A stretch of DNA of 64,000 nucleotides from Acidobacteriota bacterium (GTDB lineage Bacteria > Acidobacteriota > Thermoanaerobaculia > Gp7-AA8), in NCBI GenBank assembly GCA_021781455.1, contig JAJXWV010000041.1, positions 75,484 through 139,483 of the forward strand, in the 5' to 3' direction. Every line of letters starts with the position of its first letter. Position 1 is the stretch's first letter. The position numbers and the translations under genes were made by a program. The notes under the pieces were generated by a model, which worked only from the letters and a program-made list of their open reading frames with translations, was not told where the DNA came from and did no database searches. Below are positions 56,204 to 64,000 of this stretch, piece after piece.

Positions 56204-56405
56204 CGGGTCCAAAATCGTCTTCGAGGTCATCTGTGTCTCCGTAGAAATATCCTCGAGCGCATTCGCTCGAGCAGAATCGGCGGCCGGTGCCGCGGAAAGC
56301 GCAATCGGGACAGAAGTGCTTCTGACAAATCACGCAACGTTCGAGGCGTGCCGTTTCTTCGGTCGCGCCGCACGTGACGCAGACCCGTTCCTGTTCCGCC
56401 GTCAT
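56184..56405 (-). CDS. Small Cys-rich (zinc-ribbon-like) hypothetical protein
   Basis: 73 aa with CVTC...[12 protein letters not shown]...CSSEC and an acidic C-terminus. It overlaps the hemB start by about 20 nt. Confidence 0.4.
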
Positions 56406-56495
56406 ACCGAAATATCCCGTGTACTGCCGTGTTTGAGTATAGCCTTGACGGTCCGCCGGGCTGTCCCTAGAATCCCGGCGCTCACTTCCTCCCCT

Positions 56496-56572
56496 GGCGG
56501 TGTAGCTCAGCTGGTTAGAGCGGGCGTCTCATAAGCGCTAGGTCACTGGTTCGATTCCAGTCACCGCCACCA
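56496..56572 (+). tRNA. tRNA-Met (CAU anticodon, elongator type). The tRNA-Ile(k2C) alternative is not excluded.
   Basis: ggcggtg ta gctc agctggttag agcg ggcgt ctcataa gcgct aggtc actgg ttcgatt ccagt caccgcc acca. Fully paired acceptor stem, CCA encoded. Confidence 0.8.
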
Positions 56573-56625
56573 AATTCGCTTTCCCCACTTCTGTCGCGAC
56601 TGCACCTGTGGTCCGACGGCCACGA

Positions 56626-56705
56626 GGTTGCGCGGTTGCGCGGTGGACGGCGACGATCGTCGGGTCTGACACCGCGCAACCCCGCAACCGCGGAACCGCG
56701 CAACC
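56626..56705. repeat. Family B inverted octamer array, copy B3
   Basis: ggttgcgcggttgcgcggtgg acggcgacgatcgtcgggtctgacac cgcgcaaccccgcaaccgcggaaccgcgcaacc, directly downstream of the tRNA-Met. Confidence 0.85.
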
Positions 56706-56719
56706 GGTTGGGCGGGCGG

Positions 56720-57202
56720 TTACTGGGCGGGGTACGTGATGAACGCGCCGTTCGAGTAGACGATGTCGCAATCGAAGCTGTTGATCGGACCCTGCGTGTA
56801 GCTCGTTTGAAAGACGCCGTCCGCACCTGCTGATTGAATCGCATAGCTCTGCGCCGGCCCGGCGCCGATGCCCTCGTCCAGATTGAATTTCAGCGCGCGT
56901 GTCCATCCATCGACGTGAGGAACCGACCGCATGTAGGTCGGTGTGAGCAGAAGGTCCACGCTGGACGATGGAATCTCGATGGCCGGCAATGTGAACCCGG
57001 CTGCGTTGTAGCCGCGCATATCGGAGTTGCGCGCTTCCCATGCCATGGCAATGCCCCGCATGTCCGCCATGGTCCGTCTCTGCCGGGCGCGCTGAATCCC
57101 GTTGAAGTAGTTGATCATGGCGATGGCCGCCAGGATGGCAATGATCGCGACGACGATCAACAACTCCACCAGCGTGAAGCCGCGCGCATGCTTCGATTTC
57201 AT
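56720..57202 (-). CDS. Type IV pilin / T2SS pseudopilin-like protein (prepilin N-terminus)
   Basis: MKSKHARGFTLVELLIVVAIIAILAAIA, a class III signal with the G/F cleavage site and conserved Glu+5. Confidence 0.8.
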   Translation of the reverse strand: MKSKHARGFTLVELLIVVAIIAILAAIAMINYFNGIQRARQRRTMADMRGIAMAWEARNSDMRGYNAAGFTLPAIEIPSSSVDLLLTPTYMRSVPHVDGWTRALKFNLDEGIGAGPAQSYAIQSAGADGVFQTSYTQGPINSFDCDIVYSNGAFITYPAQ

Positions 57203-57242
57203 CTCTCCTCCGATTCTCTGCGGATGAGACTAATCTTAGGCG

Positions 57243-58583
57243 ATGCTGGTCGAAGTGGTCCGACACTTTTTCGAGGTCCATCGGATCGAGCCCTGTGGAG
57301 TCGTGGCCGCCGTCTCCGGCGGGGCCGATTCCACCGCGCTCCTTCTTACGCTCACACGGTTGCGTGACGATGGATTTCGAATCACGTGCGCTCACGTCAA
57401 CCATCACTTACGCGACGTAGATGCCGATAACGACGAGGCTTACGTCCGCGCCCTCTGTACCAGGCTCAAGATCTCTTTTTCCGTTTCTGACGGGACTCTC
57501 GACCCGGCGGACGTCCGCCGCCACGGCATCGAGGCCGCTGCACGCATGGTCCGGGAGCGCTGTCTCGAGGCGGTCCGGCGCTCCGACGGCGCTCGGTTCA
57601 TCGCCACGGCCCACCAGAAAAACGACCAGGCCGAGACGATCGTCATGCGCCTCTTCACCGGCAGCGGCATCGCCGGCCTCCGCGGTATCCATCCCCTCCG
57701 CGACGACGGCTTCATCCGTCCCCTTCTCGAAGTCTCGCGCAGTGAGATCGAATCCTTTCTGCGCGAGCGAGGGATCGAGCCGCGCGTCGATCGGATGAAC
57801 TCGGATCCTCGTTTCCTTCGCGTACGCGTCCGCCAGGCGCTGCGCGAGTTCGATCCTTCGGTCATCGACAGCCTGGCGTCGGTCGCGGAACAGGCTCGCG
57901 AACAGTGGCCGCTGTTCGAGCGAGCGATTGACGCCGCCGACCGCGACTGTACCGAGGTCGGCGCCCACGGGACGCGGTTTCACCGCTGGCCTGAAAACGC
58001 CTGGCTGCGTCAGGCGTTGCTCCATCGCCACATCCGTCGCCTCGATCCGCACTCGCGCGACGTCTCCGCTGCCGACCTCCGCCGAATTGCCTCCGAGCTC
58101 GAGTCGCTCACCCGGCTTCACGTCACCAAAACGCTGGAGCTTCTCCGCGAGGGGGAAACGATCGTCCTCCAGCGGATCCCGCCACACCAGGAGGTCGAGG
58201 CCTACGAGCTCGCCCTGAAGCTCGACGGCGAGGTCTTCATTCCGGCGGTTCATTCCGTCATTCGGCTCGAACGGACGCCTCACGCACCGCCGGCTGACAG
58301 CGACCGAACGCGCCAGCTCATCCAGTTGCGCCGCGGTACCGCGCCAGACTTCGTCGTTCGGAACCGCCGTCCCGGCGACCGTTTCCGCCCCCTCGGCTTT
58401 CCAGTCGAGAAGAAGCTCAAGGATTTCTTCATCGATCGCAAAATCCCCGCCGCGGAGCGCGATCTCATCCCGCTGGTCGCCTGCGGCGGAGCGATCGCCT
58501 GGATCGCCGGCGTTGAGGTTTCGGAGTGCTTCAAAGTCGACGGCGGTGGGGATCTGTACCTTCTGACTCTGCAGCGGACCTGA
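57243..58583 (+). CDS. tilS: tRNA(Ile)-lysidine synthetase
   Basis: PP-loop VAAVSGGADSTALL, followed by the TilS substrate-binding and C-terminal domains. Confidence 0.85.
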   Translation: MLVEVVRHFFEVHRIEPCGVVAAVSGGADSTALLLTLTRLRDDGFRITCAHVNHHLRDVDADNDEAYVRALCTRLKISFSVSDGTLDPADVRRHGIEAAARMVRERCLEAVRRSDGARFIATAHQKNDQAETIVMRLFTGSGIAGLRGIHPLRDDGFIRPLLEVSRSEIESFLRERGIEPRVDRMNSDPRFLRVRVRQALREFDPSVIDSLASVAEQAREQWPLFERAIDAADRDCTEVGAHGTRFHRWPENAWLRQALLHRHIRRLDPHSRDVSAADLRRIASELESLTRLHVTKTLELLREGETIVLQRIPPHQEVEAYELALKLDGEVFIPAVHSVIRLERTPHAPPADSDRTRQLIQLRRGTAPDFVVRNRRPGDRFRPLGFPVEKKLKDFFIDRKIPAAERDLIPLVACGGAIAWIAGVEVSECFKVDGGGDLYLLTLQRT

Positions 58584-58647
58584 CCGGCTCGATGTTCGCG
58601 CGCAAGGGCCGACCATGTAGAATCGCTGCCGGTCCAGAGACCTAGGC

Positions 58648-59175
58648 GTGACTCTCAAAGAATCGGTCGAACCGCTGTTTACCCAGGAGGCGATCGCCCG
58701 CCGCATCGGCGAGCTCGCCATCGACATCCGCCGTGACGCCGGAGACGGCGAGGTCTTCCTCCTCGGCATTCTCAAAGGCGCCTCCTGCTTCCTGGCGGAT
58801 CTCATGCGCGCCATCCCAGGACCGGTGGGTTATGCCTACATTGACGTGGTCCGCGATCCGGCGGATACCGAGACCGCCACCGCTCTCGAGATCGACTTTC
58901 TCAGCCACACCGATATCTCGGGCCGCTCCGTTTACGTGCTCAAGGACGTGATCTCGACCGGGGTCATCGAGAACTACCTTCTCGCGCAGCTGCGCCTGCA
59001 CAACCCCGCCTCGCTGAAGCTGGTCGCCCTTCTCGACCGGCCGGAACTGCGCACCGTGGACATCGGGCCGGACTACCGCGCCTTCGAAGTCAAGGAAGGC
59101 CTCTACGCCGGGTACGGACTCGAGTTCGAGAATGCCTTCGGCAATCTCCCCTACATCGGCAAGATCCGGCGATAG
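58648..59175 (+). CDS. hpt: Hypoxanthine phosphoribosyltransferase
   Basis: Type I PRT motif VYVLKDVISTG, about 175 aa, in the conserved tilS-hpt-ftsH arrangement. Confidence 0.75.
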   Translation: MTLKESVEPLFTQEAIARRIGELAIDIRRDAGDGEVFLLGILKGASCFLADLMRAIPGPVGYAYIDVVRDPADTETATALEIDFLSHTDISGRSVYVLKDVISTGVIENYLLAQLRLHNPASLKLVALLDRPELRTVDIGPDYRAFEVKEGLYAGYGLEFENAFGNLPYIGKIRR

Positions 59176-59419
59176 ATGACCGGAGGTGCGGCGTTCAGCC
59201 CGCCGCTCGGCAGCCTCCGGACCGGCCAGTGTTCTCCTTCAGCGGCCGGGCAGGATGCCCAGCCGCCGGCCGGCTGGAAGCCGGCACTCCGGTCCGAAAG
59301 CGGATCGGAGTCGGCCGTGCTCAACTCAGAATTCAACGGCTCTGGTCAGCGTTACGGTTCCGCGTTAGTGTACGAATGGCACGCGTGACGCATCGGCGTG
59401 CTCTTCTGGAGGCAATCCG

Positions 59420-61390
59420 TTGAATTCCACTGTCAAAACCGCGCTCCTCTGGGTGGTCATCATCGTTCTGGTGTTCCTCCTGTGGAGTCTGTTCCAGACG
59501 ACCAAGGGGACGAGTGAGCCGATCGCATTCAGCGCGTTCCTCGACAAGGTCAATTCGGGACAGGTCGAGAAGGTCACGATCCGCGGCGACGAAATCCGCG
59601 GCGATACGAAGGCCACCGCTCCGGGCGGCAAGCGTGAGTTCCACCTCAACGCCCCGTCCAACTACCCACAGATGTACGACCAGCTCCGCGCCAAGGGCGT
59701 CATCATGGAGTTCGAGCCGAAGGGCGACGCTCCATTCATCACCGCCCTGATCGGCTGGGCTCCGGTGCTCTTCCTCATCGGCCTCTGGATCTTCTTCATG
59801 CGCCAAATGCAGGCTGGCGGAAACAAGGCTCTGTCATTTGGCAAGTCGAAGGCGAAGCTCCTCACCGGAACCGCCAAAAAGGTTACCTTCAAGGACGTCG
59901 CCGGCGTCGACGAGGCGAAGCTCGAGCTGCACGAGATCATCGAGTTCCTCAAGGAGCCGCAGAAGTTCACGAAGCTCGGCGGCAAGATCCCGAAAGGCGT
60001 GCTGCTGATGGGGCCGCCGGGAACCGGCAAGACCCTTCTCGCGCGCGCCATCGCCGGCGAGGCGAACGCGCCCTTCTTCTCGATCTCCGGTTCGGATTTC
60101 GTCGAGATGTTCGTCGGCGTGGGAGCTTCGCGCGTCCGCGACCTTTTCGAACAGGGCAAGAAGAACGCGCCCTGCATCATCTTCATCGACGAGATCGATG
60201 CGGTCGGACGTCATCGCGGTGCGGGCCTGGGCGGCGGTCACGACGAGCGCGAGCAGACGCTCAACCAGCTCCTGGTGGAGATGGACGGCTTCGAGTCGAA
60301 CGACGGCGTGATTCTGGTCGCCGCCACCAACCGCCCCGACGTCCTCGATCCCGCGCTTCTCCGCCCGGGCCGCTTCGACCGGCGCGTCGTCGTCGATCTT
60401 CCCGATCTGAAGGGGCGCGAAGGAATCCTCCGCGTCCACACCCGAACCATCCCGCTGGCGGAGGACGTCGATCCGAGCATCCTCGCGCGCGGCACGCCTG
60501 GATTCTCGGGCGCCGACCTGGCGAACCTCGTCAACGAGGCGGCGCTCAACGCCGCGCGTTACGACAAGAAGAAAGTGCAGATGGTCGACTTCGAGTTCGC
60601 CAAGGACAAGGTCCTCATGGGCGTCGAGCGCAAGTCGATGGTCATGAGCGATCGCGAGAAGAAGAACACCTCCTACCACGAGTCGGGTCACACCATCGTG
60701 GCGGCGATCCTCCCGGCGGCCGACCCGCTGCACAAGGTCACGATCATTCCCCGCGGCCGCGCCCTCGGCCTCACGCAGCAGCTGCCCACTGAGGACAAGT
60801 ACTCGTATTCGAAGCGCTATCTCGAAGCGATGCTGGCCGTGCTGATGGGCGGACGCATCGCCGAAGAGGTCTTCCTCAACGAGATCACCACCGGCGCCGG
60901 CAACGACATCGAGCGTGCCACCGGCATGGCCCGGCGCATGGTCTGCGAATGGGGCATGTCAGACCTTGGGCCGGTCACCTTCGGAAAGAAGGAAGAGGCC
61001 ATCTTTCTGGGGCGCGAGTTCGCCCAGCACCAGGACTTCTCCGAGGCCACGGCCATCGACATCGACAAGGAAGTGCGGCGCATTCTCGACAAGGCCTACA
61101 CCACGGCCAAGGAGATCATCGTCACGAACAAGACCGCCCTCGACAAGATCGCGCGCAAGCTCCTCGAGCGCGAGACGCTCGAAGGATGGGAAGTCAACCA
61201 GATCCTCGTCGAGGAGACGGGCGTCGACTACATCAAGCAGAAGGAGTACTACCCCGAAGAGGCGGCCCCCGGCGAGAAGATGACCATTGCGCCGGGATCC
61301 GGGCCGTCGACGGACGTGCAGTCGCCTGTTCCGACGCCGCCCGCGAACCCCAGCCCCGCCCCGGCGCCGGCTCCCGAGCGGAAGACTTAG
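59420..61390 (+). CDS. ftsH: ATP-dependent zinc metalloprotease FtsH
   Basis: Two N-terminal TM helices, AAA+ Walker [12 protein letters not shown], zinc site HESGH, Pro-rich C-terminus. Confidence 0.95.
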   Translation: MNSTVKTALLWVVIIVLVFLLWSLFQTTKGTSEPIAFSAFLDKVNSGQVEKVTIRGDEIRGDTKATAPGGKREFHLNAPSNYPQMYDQLRAKGVIMEFEPKGDAPFITALIGWAPVLFLIGLWIFFMRQMQAGGNKALSFGKSKAKLLTGTAKKVTFKDVAGVDEAKLELHEIIEFLKEPQKFTKLGGKIPKGVLLMGPPGTGKTLLARAIAGEANAPFFSISGSDFVEMFVGVGASRVRDLFEQGKKNAPCIIFIDEIDAVGRHRGAGLGGGHDEREQTLNQLLVEMDGFESNDGVILVAATNRPDVLDPALLRPGRFDRRVVVDLPDLKGREGILRVHTRTIPLAEDVDPSILARGTPGFSGADLANLVNEAALNAARYDKKKVQMVDFEFAKDKVLMGVERKSMVMSDREKKNTSYHESGHTIVAAILPAADPLHKVTIIPRGRALGLTQQLPTEDKYSYSKRYLEAMLAVLMGGRIAEEVFLNEITTGAGNDIERATGMARRMVCEWGMSDLGPVTFGKKEEAIFLGREFAQHQDFSEATAIDIDKEVRRILDKAYTTAKEIIVTNKTALDKIARKLLERETLEGWEVNQILVEETGVDYIKQKEYYPEEAAPGEKMTIAPGSGPSTDVQSPVPTPPANPSPAPAPAPERKT

Positions 61391-61656
61391 GGCTATCCTT
61401 CGATATCCATGGAACGCCGGCTTCGTGCCGGCGTTTTCATCTTCGGCAATGACCGCCACCAGACCGAGCACGTCTTCTTCGTGATGAAAGACGGGCAGGT
61501 GTACAGAAACAACCGCTGAAGTTCGCTGCGCAGATCCTGAACTTCACTTCCTCACGCCGAAGTATCTGCGGTTCAAATCCGCGGATACTTCCGCTGCTCC
61601 CTCGCTGCGCGCCTCCAGGAGACTTTCAGTGGTTAAGAAGGTTCGCGTGTTCGTTG

Positions 61657-61768
61657 CCCCTCTCCCCGCTGCGGCGGGGAGAAGGTGCCGAAGAGGGAGG
61701 GGTCTCCTTTGAACGCGAACGAAACCCCTCACCCCGGCCCTCTCCCCGCTGCGGCGGGGAGAGGGGGA
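61657..61768. repeat. Family H: two copies of the REP-like hairpin CCCTCTCCCCGCTGCGGCGGGGAGARGG, about 80 bp apart
   Basis: cccctctccccgctgcggcggggagaaggtg (61657-61687) and ccctctccccgctgcggcggggagaggggg (61739-61768). Each forms a ctccccgc/gcggggag stem. Confidence 0.75.
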
Positions 61769-61838
61769 ACGATCGAACATCTCTTCTCGCGGATATCGCG
61801 TCCTCGCGAACCGAGTGCTCGGGATAGACTGAAAACCG

Positions 61839-62906
61839 ATGCGCAAACGCGTCTACGTCGCACACACCGGCGGCACGATCGGCATGCGCCGCACCGAGCA
61901 CGGATACGGCACCGAGCGCGGTTACCTGCAGCAGCAGATGGCGGAGATGCCCGAGCTGCGGAACGAATCCATGCCGGACGTGGATCTCCACGAGTACGAG
62001 CCGCTGCTCGATTCCTCGAACATGACGCCGCGCGACTGGATGAAGATCGCCTACGACATCGAGGAGCACTACGACGGGTACGAGGGATTCGTCGTTCTGC
62101 ACGGCACTGACACGATGGCGTACACGGCATCGGCCCTGCCGTTCATCCTCGGCGGGCTGGCCAAACCGGTCATCATCACCGGTTCGCAGATCCCGCTCTG
62201 CGAGATCAGGAACGACGCGCGAGAGAACCTCATCACCTCGCTCCTCATCGCATCGCAGTACGACATCCCGGAAGTCTGTCTCTATTTCGGCGGACGTCTG
62301 CTCCGCGGCTGCCGCGCCGTAAAGGTCAGCGCCAGCGGGTTTGCCGCGTTCGACTCACCGAACTTTCCGCCGCTCGGAAACGTCGGGATCGGAATCGACG
62401 TCGAATGGAATCTCGTGCGCCGCCCGAAAGAGGCCGAGATGCTCCGGGTCGAGGACCTCGGCGCTCCGGTCGTCTCGACGCTCCGGCTGTTTCCCGGCAT
62501 CTCGCCTGGTCTCGTCCGCAACGTGCTGCGCCCACCGCTGCAGGGGCTCGTCCTGGAGGCCTACGGCGTCGGCAACGGCCCTGATCAGGATTCCGAGTTC
62601 CTGCGCGTCGTGAACGAGGCGACCGCCCGCGGCGTGGTCATCGTCGACTGCACGCAATGCCTGGAAGGCTCGGTCGATCTCACCGAGTACGCCACCGGAT
62701 CGGCGCTGGCGAGCGCTGGCGTGATCAGCGGATTCGACATGACCAGCGAAGCGGCTCTCGCCAAGATGTACTACCTCTTCAGCCGCGGCGACTCACCCGA
62801 CCAGGTGAAGGCGACCATGCAGGATGACTTGCGCGGCGAGCTCACACCACGCGAGGTCAAGCACAGTCCGCACTCGCCAGGACGGTGGAAGACGGGGATC
62901 GCCTAA
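61839..62906 (+). CDS. ansA: L-asparaginase, type I
   Basis: VYVAHTGGTIGM (catalytic Thr motif), VVLHGTDTMAYTASAL, GVVIVDCTQC. Confidence 0.9.
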   Translation: MRKRVYVAHTGGTIGMRRTEHGYGTERGYLQQQMAEMPELRNESMPDVDLHEYEPLLDSSNMTPRDWMKIAYDIEEHYDGYEGFVVLHGTDTMAYTASALPFILGGLAKPVIITGSQIPLCEIRNDARENLITSLLIASQYDIPEVCLYFGGRLLRGCRAVKVSASGFAAFDSPNFPPLGNVGIGIDVEWNLVRRPKEAEMLRVEDLGAPVVSTLRLFPGISPGLVRNVLRPPLQGLVLEAYGVGNGPDQDSEFLRVVNEATARGVVIVDCTQCLEGSVDLTEYATGSALASAGVISGFDMTSEAALAKMYYLFSRGDSPDQVKATMQDDLRGELTPREVKHSPHSPGRWKTGIA

Positions 62907-63355
62907 ATCAGCCCCAGCCTCGTGCAGTGAATGTAATCCGTGTACACCGGCTCTTCTCCCCCGCTGCGGATGAGGCTCGCGATCTGGCCGCGGTGATAAC
63001 TGCCGTGGAGCGGGACATGCCAGAGCACGTCTTCCGCGCGGCTCGTCCACGCTTCGCCGCGCGTGTTGGTGTAGTGGATCTCCGCGTTCAAGTCGGCGGA
63101 AGCGAGAAAATCGCGCCACGCCGCCGGCAGCGGGTCGAGTTGCGCGGCACAGCTCTCCAGCGAGAATGCCGGCCAGACCGACATCTTCTGCGGTTCGCCG
63201 CGCAGACGCGACAGCCAAAGCCACTCGGTCGCCACGATGTGGCCCATGAGCTCCGTGCATCGCCGCGGCGCGTGCTCGGCCGTTCGAAGGCGGACCAGGT
63301 CCTCCCGGTTGGCCCAGTGGTCATAGGCGAGCAGGCGGGCGATGGCGTCTTTCAT
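62903..63355 (-). CDS. DinB-family (DinB_2) protein
   Basis: MKDAIARLLAYDHWANREDLVRL ... LHGSYHRGQIASLIR, the four-helix-bundle metal-binding His pattern of the DinB/YfiT superfamily. Confidence 0.65.
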   Translation of the reverse strand: MKDAIARLLAYDHWANREDLVRLRTAEHAPRRCTELMGHIVATEWLWLSRLRGEPQKMSVWPAFSLESCAAQLDPLPAAWRDFLASADLNAEIHYTNTRGEAWTSRAEDVLWHVPLHGSYHRGQIASLIRSGGEEPVYTDYIHCTRLGLI

Positions 63356-63494
63356 GCTCTACGCATAGTAGCGCCGCCGAGGAAGTCCGGAGTGCTCGGT
63401 CCTGAGTGGGACGAGGCGACTCACGACTCAGGGCTGGCCACTGACAAATGCACCGTGCGTAGAGCCTCGCAGCGCGGCTGCTAGAATCGCGACA

Positions 63495-64000
63495 GTGGCC
63501 AAGAAACCCGCCTCCTTCTTCTCCTGCACCGAATGCGGATCCCAGTCGCCGAAGTGGCTCGGCCGCTGCCCTGACTGCAACGCCTGGAACTCGTTCATCC
63601 AGGAGGAGACCGCTCCGCCGTCGACACAGCCCTTCGCTCTGAGCTCCGCCACGGCGCCCACTCCGATCGACGCAGTGTCCGCGGATTCGGCTCCGCGAAT
63701 CTCCACGAACCTCGCCAACCTCGATCGCGTGCTCGGCGGCGGGCTGGTCATCGGCGGCGTCACGCTCGTCGGTGGAGAGCCGGGCGTCGGCAAGTCGACG
63801 CTCCTGCTGCAGGCCTGCGAAGAGCTGGCGAAACAAGGCCGCGTGCTCTACGTCTCCGGCGAGGAGTCGCCACGCCAGCTCGCCATGCGCGCAAAGCGGC
63901 TCGGCACGACGAATCCCAATATCCATGTCTACACCGAGACTTCGGTCGAGCGCATCGTCGCGGAGATCGAGAAGATGCGACCGGTCGCCGCGATCATCGA
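63495..64000 (+). CDS. radA: DNA repair protein RadA (5' part; continues beyond the right edge)
   Basis: Zinc finger FSCTECGSQSPKWLGRCPDCNAWNSF, then Walker A GGEPGVGKSTLLLQ. GTG start at about 63495. No stop inside the window. Confidence 0.85.
   Translation, partial: MAKKPASFFSCTECGSQSPKWLGRCPDCNAWNSFIQEETAPPSTQPFALSSATAPTPIDAVSADSAPRISTNLANLDRVLGGGLVIGGVTLVGGEPGVGKSTLLLQACEELAKQGRVLYVSGEESPRQLAMRAKRLGTTNPNIHVYTETSVERIVAEIEKMRPVAAII

Noticed and set aside
56496-56572. Initiator tRNA-fMet assignment.
   Set aside because: The acceptor stem is fully paired at position 1:72 and the anticodon stem lacks three consecutive G-C pairs, so it is an elongator Met (or lysidine-modified Ile) type.

Overview
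This window is 64 kb of high-GC (about 65-68%) bacterial chromosome, probably from Acidobacteriota or a related soil lineage. That placement is an inference from the gene content (MglA-type GTPase, TIGR02436 four-helix-bundle gene, eukaryotic-like Ser/Thr kinase with TPR repeats, TolC-MacAB).

Most of it is housekeeping. A TolC / Yip1 / MacA / MacB efflux operon lies on the minus strand. murJ is followed by two orphan Opp-type ABC ATPases. The classical macromolecular-synthesis operon is present as rpsU-(mutS2)-dnaG-rpoD. There is a tilS-hpt-ftsH block, an lpd / E2 / lipB / lipA lipoate cluster, nadA, hemB, radA, tRNA-Leu(UAA) and tRNA-Met(CAU).

The most striking signal is non-coding. Nearly every intergenic gap carries an inverted array of short tandem repeats (period 7-9 nt): a left arm of tandem units, a short spacer, then the reverse-complement arm. 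At least seven unrelated unit sequences are used. One of them (CTCAGTA/CTCAGCA) recurs seven times. One of those copies brackets a four-helix-bundle gene spliced into the macB operon. Two others delimit a truncated 2-oxoacid dehydrogenase E1-alpha pseudogene.

The second notable region is a low-GC islet of about 4.4 kb (29.07-33.55 kb). It is bounded by an intact tRNA-Leu and a degenerate direct copy of that tRNA's 5' half plus its upstream region. It carries a large secreted protein, a secreted Cys-rich protein interrupted by an in-frame TAG, and a possible HicA-like gene.

Other notable items are a LipB-Nudix fusion, an MglA-like GTPase with a ~190-aa C-terminal extension and no MglB partner, a small zinc-ribbon gene preceded by three copies of a 16-bp palindrome, and a hairpin element shared by two divergent promoter regions.

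All calls are from reading the sequence and from recalled family motifs. No database search was run.
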